This document shows positions 35,693 to 46,299 of a stretch of 64,000 nt of DNA, piece after piece (the stretch's first letter is position 1; every line of letters starts with the position of its first letter). The translations under genes and the position numbers were made by a program. The notes below the pieces were generated by a model, which searched no databases, was not told the DNA's origin, and saw nothing but the letters and a program-made list of their open reading frames with translations. Origin of the DNA: Harriotta raleighana (Eukaryota); NCBI GenBank assembly GCA_050575255.1, contig JBNZDD010013692.1, positions 3,535,379 to 3,599,378 on the forward strand, read 5' to 3'.

Positions 35693-36016
35693 ATGAATGT
35701 GGCACTAAGAGAAAATAAAACACAGAAGTCATGGAGTTCATTCTCCTCAGTGAGTGAAGATCTAAAAGGCAGCCCTGTTCAGAGAAGGAGCAATTCTGTC
35801 GACAGGAATGTCATGTCATCACCTCCAAATCAAGCCGGTAGCAATGACGGTGCATTCTCCGTTCATCAGAGGACAACTGCAACTCTCTTCAAATCAAGCA
35901 GTCAGGAGCTGGTCTTCCAGCAGGATCTGGATAATACCAGTACCTCTGACGGCCTCTCACATAGACCTGTTTACATCAACACTGAACATTCAGGCACTTC
36001 CGAGCATCGCTGGTGA
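35693..36016 (+). CDS. Ser-rich ORF, possible exon of unknown gene
   Basis: 107 aa from the ATG in non-repetitive sequence with raised CpG. Internal acceptor TTCATTCTCCTCAG at 35750 and weak donor TG|GTGAAT at 36012. No homology recognised. Confidence 0.2.
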   Translation: MNVALRENKTQKSWSSFSSVSEDLKGSPVQRRSNSVDRNVMSSPPNQAGSNDGAFSVHQRTTATLFKSSSQELVFQQDLDNTSTSDGLSHRPVYINTEHSGTSEHRW

Positions 36017-36019
36017 ATC

Positions 36020-36225
36020 GGGTACTCTTTAACACTTCTTTACAAGGAGGGTAATCTACAGCTGCAATAGCTCACACCAAGAACTATGGTTGAAGCCAGG
36101 TCACAGAATTCATTGAAGAAACAGCTTCATGCTGTAAAGGGAGGACAATAGGACAGGTATTCTGGAGAAATAAATCAAAATAAGCTGAAAGTCCACCTTT
36201 ATCTGAACTTCTCTTGAGATCTAGG
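36020..36225 (+). mobile_element. CR1 LINE 3' fragment, degenerate
   Basis: ACTTCTTTACAAGGAGGGTAATC...ATGGTTGAAGCC...TCATTGAAGAAACAGCT. Confidence 0.5.
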
Positions 36226-36303
36226 GAGTTGAACATCAAATGGAGAAAGCTGTTTCAGCTCAGGGGTTTGGGGAGGAGGAGAAAGCAGACGAGTTTACCA
36301 AGA

Positions 36304-36465
36304 TAAATAATAATCCTTGTGTTTTGATGCAGCGCTTTTCATGTCTTCTAGACGTCTCAAAACACTTCACAGATTATACTGTAAAGTGAATTGACGATAT
36401 ATTTATGGGCAAAATGCAGCAGCCAATTGCACATAGCAGGATCCCACAAACAGTCATGGATTGAA
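36304..36465 (-). mobile_element. SINE family A 3' half
   Basis: AATAATCCTTG...GCGCTTTTCATGTCTTCTAGACGTCTCAA...CCCACAAACAGTCATGGATTGAA. Confidence 0.9.
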
Positions 36466-36911
36466 TAGCAGATAGTTTTTCTGATCAATCTTTTCTCTGT
36501 AATGAGGGAAGTCTATCAATGAAATCCTCCACAACCAATTTAATAGAAGTTTATAGCTCAGGAATTCAACAATAACAGCCCTCAGATAGACATTATCTGC
36601 TCAAGCAGACATTAAAGACACCATGAAAATATTTCCCCCAGTGAATTGACTAATAATCCTCTAGTCATTCACCTCATAACTTGATGCAAATGGGCGCTAC
36701 ATTCATCTACAAAACATAGTTTTTCGGTGATTAACTGTTAGGTACTTTGAAATGTTACTCCATGAAGAGCTATAAACATTTAAGTTCTTTCTCCTTAAAG
36801 AGGTTTCATTAAAAAAGATTAAACGGTATTTTTTTTCTTTTTTCAAGGGGTAAATTGGAGGCAAATTTGCAATGGCCATTGTTTATTTACCTCGTGTCTT
36901 GGCCAAAAATT

Positions 36912-37085
36912 CCCCATATCAAATTGGTTACTCATTTCATGGCTGTTTATAGACCATTGGTATGAGCAATTGGCTGCCATGTTAGCTTACAAAATACACA
37001 CACTATATTTTACACTAATTCCTATGAAGCACTGTCTCAACAATGCAATAAGGCAATATATCCAAAGGCAATTATTATAATTACT
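36912..37085 (+). mobile_element. DeuSINE/family A 3' half
   Basis: AAATTGGTTACTCATTTCATGGCTGTTT...GCAATTGGCTGCCATG. Confidence 0.6.
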
Positions 37086-37434
37086 ATACTGATACAAGAC
37101 ATGCATTTTTGTTATTTTGCCCTTCCAAACTTTGCATGATTTCCTCCCTCATCATCCACAATGTTTACGAAACAACATGAGCAGTGGTTCCTTTTGGCTT
37201 TGGCTTCCTGCAGAAATTAATGGGAAACAGAGGCTTGTGGCGACCACAGGATGCTAGTGGCCAATGATGTCACTAGCAATCTGCATCCACAGTGTGGGGC
37301 ATTCAGCCAGCTGCATCCACAACACGGGTCTCTTCATCATAAACAAGCTTGTTAGTTAGAAGCAGAGAACACTTCCGGTGTTTTTATTAAAAAAAACACA
37401 CAATTGATGACCTCGAGAGTTTTATCTAGTGTGC

Positions 37435-37650
37435 ATCCTTTACACAGAGAGCTGCTAAGAAGTGGAATGCCCTATTTAGAAGTGTGGTTCAGTTAGAATC
37501 GATATTAGCTGTTCGGAGAAAATTAGATAAATATTGGAAAATGAGTAATATTTTTAAAAATTATTCACAAAGAAAGCTCTTTCAGAAAGCAAGGATGGGA
37601 ACTATGGGCCAAATGGCCTCCTTCTGTGTTGTAAATTGCTGTGATTCTAC
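37435..37650 (+). mobile_element. CR1 LINE 3' end
   Basis: TTTACACAGAGAGCTGCTAAGAAGTGGAATGCCCTA...ATGGGCCAAATGGCCTCCTTCTGTGTTGTAAATT. Confidence 0.8.
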
Positions 37651-38614
37651 AGAAATTACCTTCAAGGTCATTTTACCGTGCTACCTTTCTTCCTGGCTTC
37701 AAAAACCTCTGAAAACATATCTCTTTGTCTGTGTCTTTATTCAACACCTCTTATTCCTTCCTCAGTGATCGTCACCGTATTTGTCAAGAGCTTTAAGACA
37801 ATCTTTTAGGAGAAAGAAAGACGTTTAACAATGCAAGTTGGTATTACTTCTATTGACTTAAGAATAGACTGCAGTGAGTGTACTGAAAGGGAATTTCTGC
37901 ACCATTTCTTTCTTTACCATTGCAGATGTTCTTAAAAATAGATTTTTTAAGTGAACAGTAGGAGGACTATCAGCAGAATCTAATATTACTGGAACCAGGA
38001 TAAAGAGATCAAAACCCATCAGCAGTGAATCAGCCACTCAGGTTAAGGTATCACAGTAGCTATGGCACACACAATGAGTGTGGTGAGCAAATCCTACACT
38101 ACAACAGCAGCATTTAAAATCGGCAGGTACGTCAGACGACAAGACAGCTCAGTGTGTGTGTGTGTGTGAGATGGTGAATAGGAGGAATAGGATGCTCCTT
38201 TTATTAAAGCCTGTTTTAAAAAAAAACTGGGGGAGCTGAAGGTGTATTTTGCAAACCTAGGGCAGACTGCCAGGCCATGTTTGCATAAGGTGCGGTGCTA
38301 ATGCGTAAATAGTAAGTCAATATTTACTATTACAAAAAACTAACAACAATGGATCCAAAAAATCGAAAACGGATTACACTGATCTAAGACATCAGAATAC
38401 GAAGGCAGAAAGCATGCAAACACTAGGGTGTCATCTTGTCTAAGATATACAATAGAAGAATTAGTACAGGAGCTCAGAAGAGCATTGGCAGCAGGATTAA
38501 TATTGAGCAAAATATGAATTTAATAAACTCAGAAAATCTGTTGTGGATGAAACAGTGGGAATTGATACACTGTGACTATAAAATTATCATCAGTGGAGTA
38601 GCTGAACTAGCGGA

Positions 38615-38970
38615 TCGATTTCAAGGACCTCACCCTCACACCGATAAATCCACCCACCTTCTTGGCACCTCTTTACCTCTCTGATCTCCTTCTAACCTAT
38701 TCTTATGCTAACTTAGGCTTGCTGCATATCCCCTGCCCTCTCCGACTACAGCGTCTGAGATTTCAGATTTAATGTCCCCAAACATCTGGAAACCCCCTTC
38801 TCATCTCATCTGCTCTCTTTTACTATTTAAATCCAAACTCAAATCCTACCTCTTGGAACACCCCTATAGCCATCTCACTTCTTGGTATCCAACCCCATCT
38901 TTGTAAAACATCTCAACACTTTACCCTACCTAAAAAGCACTGTATAAATGCCAATTGTGGTTGGTGGTTG
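38615..38970 (+). mobile_element. L2 LINE 3' fragment
   Basis: GATCGATTTCAAG...CTTGGCACCTCTTTACCTCTCTGATCTCCT (IDFK...LAPLYLSDLL) and tail TGTATAAATGCCAATTGTGGTTGG. Confidence 0.65.
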
Positions 38971-39322
38971 TAACAACAAGATAACAACTTTGATTTATAT
39001 AGCGCCCTGCAAGCCGGACAGCGTCTCAGAGAGCTTGTATTGGGCATAATATTTTTCTTGAACCCGCAGAAGAAAATTCAGGGAATTTTATTATAAAATG
39101 ATATAAAACAACAGCTAAGGAGGAAGCTATTTGGTGCATCAAAAAACTAGTTGTGGCTCATCCACTTGACAACTATTCTATTCCCAACTCTCTACTTTTT
39201 GCACAGACTTGTTCACATTCTTCTCCTTCACAGAGTAAAATAATTCAATTGAAAAAGCCTATAGAGAGTGCTTCTGTTCTAGATACTATACATGCAGACT
39301 ATATAGAACTAAAGGAAACTGA

Positions 39323-39356
39323 TAGGGAGAAATTCTACCTAGGGAGAAATTCTACC
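39323..39356. repeat. 17 bp tandem duplication
   Basis: TAGGGAGAAATTCTACC twice. Confidence 0.9.
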
Positions 39357-39532
39357 TAGATCTAGATTTGCTCTATATTCTTAATATTTCAGGAGATTCA
39401 TGAATAGCCAAAACACTTAATTAAATACTGTTTTCATTTTGAAAACTGGCTTCAAAGTTAAAATGGCATTTAAGAATTTGCTAAATAACGGATGTACTTA
39501 AATTTGCACAAAATAAGAGTAAATCTAGACCC

Positions 39533-39795
39533 AGATGGTTATATATGGTTTCCCCCCTAACAAATATTCACTTTTCCAGAAACTGAAAATTGCCTAACTT
39601 CAGGACTAGGCTGTATTGTAGAAAGGAGCATTGCGAGATTTAGATTGGCTACATTCAGGTTACTTAGGGTGGGATCTTAACACCAGCCACTGAGGCAATT
39701 GTAGCTTCCCAATAAATGTAGTCCTGAAGTAGGCAATTTTCAGTTTCTATAGAAAAGTGAATATTTGTTAGGAGGGAAACCATATATAACCATCT
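39533..39795. repeat. Foldback/MITE-like inverted repeat (~76 bp arms, ~110 bp spacer)
   Basis: AGATGGTTATATATGGTTTCCC...TTCAGGACTA (39533-39608) is the reverse complement of 39719-39795 with a few mismatches/indels. Confidence 0.85.
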
Positions 39796-40053
39796 TCACT
39801 GCACTTTTGTTGGCTGCTACTCTTAATAAACAGACAGAAACCTATTCCTGATCAATTTATACCATCAATCAGATTATTTCATGGCTTCTGTTCATGGATT
39901 CAGATCAGTTAGTCCGTGAAAGAAAATGTTTCACAAAGTAATTTGATTCTATTCCAATGCTCACATAAATTGTGGTTAACCTGCAGAATACATTGATCAG
40001 TGGCAGTCATAAAAATCTCTAAATAGCAAACCCCATCATCTGTGCCCTTTGGC

Positions 40054-41542
40054 AGATTTTCAACTCTTTGTATCTTTGTTCTCTGAGTTTCTTGACATCG
40101 CATTTGACTAATTCTATTGCTTATCCTGCTCGGCATCCAACCCCACTGCTATGCAGTTCTCCCTGATGCTACCTTGGTTGAAGAGTGTCGAGTTGTTACT
40201 ATTGTCACTGCTTGGTTGGCATCAAATCCAGACAATTTCAGTGGTTAGACACACTTCCTACAAACAAAATGAATGCTTATGGGGAGATTTTCAACTCTTT
40301 GTATCTTTGTTCTCAATGCGAAGGAACAATGTGAAGGAACATTTGCTATAACCAAACCTTCGCAGGCAGTTAGTTGACTGCAGGAGTTCAGAGGTTTCAA
40401 TTTTCGGCATATATGGCCAAAAACGTGATGGGTTTGGAATACCAAAGGCTTGGTGGTTTGCTGCCTGGGACGCTGGCACCAGTTTAATGATCAGTGACTG
40501 CCGGTCAAACACTAACTGCTTCAGGTTGCACATGTTAAATAAATGGCTGGCTCGGGTTACTCTCACAACCTTTCAGATTTATTATCTGATACTTGAGTAC
40601 AACATACGTGGAGCTATAAGTGTTCAGTCAAAATCCTCACATTGGCTGTTGAAGATGTTGAAATGATTAAGATCCTAATCATCTAAAGTCTTTATTTAGC
40701 TACATTTTTCTTCCCTTCTTCCTTATTCTCACTTTCAGTTTTAAACAAAATCAGTGCAGCATGCTGGATGATATGTCAAGGAGGAGATGTATGTTATTAA
40801 ACAAAATAAAATTCCTACAGAGTTTTTTAAAAAAGATTCAAATCATTTGCTGACCAGGTTTCCGTGACGTTGAGTAAATGTGGCTTGTTTGCAATGAACA
40901 TGTACTGACTGTTTAAGAACAGGCTCTGAATTTAACTTGGTAATATTGCTTGTATTTTATTTTATTAAGGCTACAATTCTAAGGAGTTTGCCACTCACAA
41001 ATTCTTCCACTAAACAATTCGCACTGTCCCATGAGTGGAGCTACTCTCACCAACTGGCAAGCACCATGACGGGAATTAGTATATGAGGAGGTGAGCATTC
41101 AGATAGACATTAAATATCAGTCTCTTACACATGCCATTTGATGCCTAGAATGGCTTTGGTGAAGCCTAAACACCCTCAATGCAAGATTATTACCAATTTA
41201 AAAGATCCCTTTGACGTGCATTAGGAAAGCTTCCCATTAACATTCTCTTGTTGTCCATCACTGGAGAGCAAGACAAGAAAAAGGAATGGTGTTTGAGTCA
41301 TTGCATTTGAGAACAAAGATACAAAGAGTTGAAAATCTCCCCATAAGCATTCATTTTGTTTGTAGGAAGTGTGTCTAACCGCTGAAATTGTCTGGATTTG
41401 GTGCCAACCAAACAGTGACAACAGCAACAACTCAATACTCTTCAACCAAGGTAGCATCAGGGAGAGCTGCATAGCAGTGGGGTTGGATGCCGAGCAGGAT
41501 AAGCAATGGAATTAGTCAAATGTGATGGCAAGAAACTCAGAG
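40054..41542. repeat. ~240 bp inverted duplication; left copy bracketed by a 30 bp direct repeat
   Basis: 40081-40314 vs reverse complement of 41309-41542: 11 substitutions in 234 bp by my count. AGATTTTCAACTCTTTGTATCTTTGTTCTC occurs at 40054-40083 and 40285-40314. Confidence 0.95.
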
Positions 41543-41544
41543 GT

Positions 41545-41835
41545 GCATCAGATGTTGATAGAGAAACTAAACTCAGAATAATATGTTCAGATACACCAAG
41601 GCAGTACAAAGTAGCTGATTCAGGGCTGTGAAGGACAATATTAGGACAGATACCGCTAGTTTTTTTTTACAAAAAGGGGAATCAATAGCTGGAACAGGTT
41701 ACTTGGAAGTGTAGCAGAGGCCAAGATACTGGACTTCTCTAAGACACAGCCTGAATCTGTAATAGGAAAAGGTAACAGTTAGGGCCCTTCTGGAAAAATA
41801 TGATACAATAGGATATGATCTGAACCTCTGTTACG
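41545..41835 (+). mobile_element. CR1 LINE 3' fragment, degenerate
   Basis: TTTTTTTACAAAAAGGGGAATCAATAGCTGGAACAGGTTACTTGGAAGTGTAGCAGAGGC. Confidence 0.55.
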
Positions 41836-43049
41836 ATTTTGTTTCAAAGAGAGTGAAGACATCATAACTTAAGCATGGATTAAGCAATGGAAAGCAGAAT
41901 GTTATAACAGAATATTATTTACCACAATATGTATCTTGTTTGACAGGCGTGTAATAAACCAGTATAGATATTGTTACACTCACTTTACAGCGATAATTGC
42001 AGTAAAGCACTATAGTTCTATAATAGGTTTTACAGAGGTATATACTATCATGAATATATTACATAATAATGCACTTGGTTTGACAAAGAAGTAACACTGC
42101 AATATCAATGTAGTGATTATCCACTGAAGACACAACTTTTATGCAACTGCCTTGATAAACAATTAACAGAAGTCATTATGTAGTTTTCCATTCTCGTGTT
42201 CCTGTATCTCTGTCTTCATTTATGTCAATCTATTATTGTGTGGAGTCATGGGAGAAAACATGATTCCAGAGCACTACATCAGGCACATTTCAAATCCCAC
42301 AAAGTTGCTTCACTGACAGATTGCTACTTGCAGCAATTAATAACAAACGATAACAACAAAAGGGACAGAGTAAGAGAGCAAAGATACACAAAGTCATTTT
42401 CCACAAAGAATCTTCCCAAATCCATTCGAAAAAGTTTAATTTAGCATTTGATATTCAGGGCATGCAACAAATCTGAATGTATGTATAGTAGACCTATTTA
42501 ATACAGTGTTTTACTCAGGTGTATAATATCATGTATATATTACCCAATAACGCAGTTGAAGACTTTACGTATCTGTTCTCAAAGACGATGTCAGCAAAGC
42601 CGGGAGGTCTGCCATATTCAACTTGTAGTTTGCACTGGACTGCCAGTTAATGGGAAATGGGCCATTTAAGTTTTTTTGTTTACTAAAAAACTGGCATCTT
42701 GCTAAGCAGTAATGGATATGCCTGAGCCAGAACTCCATATAACAGACTTCACGGAGAATGCTACTGAGACCAGCATTGGGGGTCAAAACCACACACATAC
42801 AGGTGTATTATTTGCACAAAGTATTGAATTGGTATTCCCACCCCTTGTATTTTATTACCCTCTATTAAAGATACTTCCATTTCATGTTATTTTTAACCAT
42901 ACAAAACCTTGTCCCTCATAAAGGGAGTTATATGAATGCAAGTTGTTATTTTTTTCTTTATTGTGAACATTTTGGGAAGTGTGGAGATGAATGTCTGGGG
43001 ATGAATGTCTGAGCCATTGAAAAAACCCAACCACACTTTTAATTCAATC

Positions 43050-43216
43050 CATTTCAATCCATGACTGTTTGTGAGACACTGCTGTGCGCAATTGGCTGCT
43101 GCATTCCGCCCACAAATATACAGTCAATTCACTTTACAGTATATTCTGGAAGCGCTTTGGGACATCAATAAGATGTGAAAAGCGCTATATCAAATGCAAG
43201 GATTATTATTATTATA
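43050..43216 (+). mobile_element. SINE family A 3' half, low divergence
   Basis: CATTTCAATCCATGACTGTTTGTG...GTGAAAAGCGCTATATCAAATGCAAGGATTATTATTATTA. Confidence 0.9.
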
Positions 43217-45254
43217 ACTCAAAAACCTGTTCTGAAGACATTAGGTAGTTATTGCTCGCTAAACACATCTGGAAATACAGGGAATGGAACCCCCAAAAGA
43301 CTACCCCACAAAAAGTACATCTTGTTGTGGGGTAGTCTCACTGTTGAGAAAGCCCCCTTCTCATGAATGTTCGGGGCATTCATAGGCAATCTGATAGAGC
43401 AAAATGTAGTTTTGGCTTTTCGACTCTGAATTGGAGAGCACCATCATCACACAGCCAGCCTGTCAGCTGGCACTGCAGTGAGACCTTTGACCTCCAACTC
43501 AGCAAGAAGTTCATTCACAGCTACCGTGGCATCAATCAGGGGGGAGAAAATGTCTCCAGGCACAGCCTACTGCCTTGTTCCCTTTCAATGGTGGCACACA
43601 GGCTTGGTCAAGACACACAATCCCATAGACTTAATAAACAAACCATTTTTTTATGTCCGTTTGACGGCTCTTCTTCCCCCATTTTAAGAAATTTGATTAA
43701 TTTGTGCCATTCAGGTGACTATTTTTTGAACATAATAGGAATGAACTGGCTTTTAGTCGATGTACAAGCAATTTAAATCAGAACTTCTCATTTTTCCAAA
43801 AGCGCTGATAATGGCTTGTTAATACTTTTTAGTAACAAAGTAAAATCTCCAGGCTGACATTCAAATGACACTCACATAAAGCTAGCGGACTGGAGGCCGT
43901 GTGTACACAATGGTTGTGAAAACACAGCCAATTCTATTTAGCATATGTAACACACACTTTAAAAATATATTCTAATAACACTTGCCATTCTCTGAGCCAT
44001 CTATCATTTGCCTTTTTATGTAGTAGTTCCAAGAAAATGGCACAAGCACGTTTCTGATAGGACCTTCTCCAGAAACAAACACTGAACATTTGCATACGGC
44101 GCTTGAGTAAGTAATTAGTGGATTTTAAAATGAAAACATGTAAATACAGTCTGGCCTGGAGCAGTCTCTAAACAAGAACTTGCATTTATCTAGCACACTT
44201 CATGTGGGGGTAGCATCTCTGAGCGCTGAAGAGAGACACTGAGACCTGTAAGTAAAGGTTAGGCTGCTCACCGCACTGTGGGGATTTATTTCAGCTGTGG
44301 CTGGGAGAAAACGCTTCACTGTTCCACTCCTGATGAGATTTTGTCCAATCACTGTATCAAAACCCAGGAAAATATAGGCAGGTCTAACTGGCTCATCCAG
44401 GTTTTGCAAATAAAGAAGCATCGCTTTGGAAAAAATTATATAACAAGCTCTCCTTCTTCTATCCACCTCACTCTTAATAACTATCTGCCATCAACTCCAT
44501 CATGTAACTCCCATCAAAACTACTGAGGATGTTTGAGAATCACTGTAATAAGAGCCCAGGGTATTTTCTTCCCCCCAGAGTTTAAATCATTCAGCATGTC
44601 AATTTAGCTCACAGGACAGACACAGGATTTCACCGCATTAATTCCCAACATGTTCCCACTTCCTCGATGCCGATTCCTCAGCACTCAGCAATCAAAATAT
44701 CCCCTGCCAACTACTTCATTTTGCCTCTAAATCACCCACAGACACCAGTTCCACAACTGGCCTCTGGCATGTGTTGTACTATGTCATATAATTAACTGTG
44801 ATTAATGCACCATTTTAAATGTCAAACAACAATAATTTCATAATCGACACCATGTTTTAATACACTTGGAAAAGCAGGTGGCGTGCATCAGTGGCTTTAC
44901 ATTTACTGTCTGATGAAACGTAAGAGTGTCCTGGCAAGCAGATAGTCAATTAATGTGTGTAAACTGCGATGTCTTCTGGGTAATTATTTCAATGCTTTGT
45001 ACTCTCTAATTAAGACATGGCAAAGCTTTCAACTGCACGTAGATAATGGTTCGAGTTTCTGGTATCGTTCCAATCACTTTTCCCCCTACTCTTCCATCTC
45101 CTTTCCTCCTTCTTCGAAAGATGCTAGTTCTGGATGGGCAGTCCTTTCACAGGTGCTGGCCTGCCATTCTCCGGTGGCCAGTAATGATGGAAAATGTATG
45201 CTTCAGCTGTACAGCAATTGCACGCACTCACACCAAAGAATTCTCGTCATAATA

Positions 45255-45540
45255 CAGTAAAAGCCCATTTATCCGGCAATCTCGGAGAGTGGGGGGGTCA
45301 ACTAATTGACTGTGTCGGATAATCGGGCGGCAAGTTAAAAATACCAGATTAATAATATACTAAATAATAACAGAATATTGTATGGATACTTACCAATAAA
45401 GCATTCCAGCACACTCAGTAAAAACTCAAGTTCGTAAGTGCGCAAAGTGTGCAAACTCGCGATTGCTGGAATGGGGAATTGCCCCAGGAGGGGATCAAGC
45501 AATCCGGTTGATCGGATCACAGATAAACAGGCTTTTACTG
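45255..45540. mobile_element. Tc1/mariner (Tigger/pogo-type) MITE
   Basis: TIRs CAGTAAAAGCCCATTTATC / GATAAACAGGCTTTTACTG with TA on both sides. Confidence 0.85.
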
Positions 45541-45547
45541 TAATAAA

Positions 45548-45691
45548 ATAATAATAATCCTTGCATTTGATATAGTGCTGTTCACGTCTTCCAGACATCT
45601 CAAAGCGCTTCACAGAATATACTGTAAATTAATTCTATATTGCGGCCACAGCACAGCAGTGTCCCACAAACAGTTGTGGATTGAAGTGACA
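45548..45691 (-). mobile_element. SINE family A 3' half
   Basis: (ATA)n ATCCTTGCATTTGATATAGTGC...GTCCCACAAACAGTTGTGGATTGAA. Confidence 0.9.
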
Positions 45692-46109
45692 ATCATGTCA
45701 ATATTACGTTGAAATCAGAACAAAACAAAGCCGAATATTCACTTACTGATTTCTTATTCTCCAATCAAGCTCATAGTCCAGGTGATGTTACATTACCAGA
45801 CTGACACATCCACCCTGTTTGTCTTTATCGGTAAAAGAGTTTCAGGTGAAGTGTTTATAATGGCCACACAAGTAATCACATAATCCCAGGTGATTTTGAT
45901 TTGAGAGCTAAATTAGTTTCAGCCTTGAAACCATTTTGTCTCACAGTTTTAAGATTGCCCAGAATACTGGACAATCCTTACACTGTATAGTCTTAGTTTG
46001 GAAGCCATTTTTTTCTTAAAAAGAACTAGATTAAATAAATTTCCAAATTTAAGTTCAAAGAAAGGCTGACTTGAAATGGGACACTCTTCGTCAATAGAAG
46101 CAAACTTTC

Positions 46110-46299
46110 AGCCAACAATCCCCCAAATAAAATTGGTCATTCACTCCTTGGCTGTTTATGGGACACTGCTGGGTACAAATTGGCAGCCTCATTCGCCTAC
46201 CAAAGTACACAGTCAATACACTTTACAGTAAATCCTGTGAAGTGCCATGCAACATCATCCAGCTGTGAAAGGCGCAATATAAAATACAAAGATTATTGT
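46110..46299 (+). mobile_element. DeuSINE 3' half
   Basis: CAATCCCCCAAATAAAATTGGTCATTCACTCC...GTGAAAGGCGCAATATAAAATACAAAGATTATT. Confidence 0.75.

Noticed and set aside
40151-41472. Paired leader-like ORFs (MQFSLMLPW.../MQLSLMLPW...)
   Set aside because: By-product of the 95%-identical inverted duplication; too few substitutions to infer coding constraint
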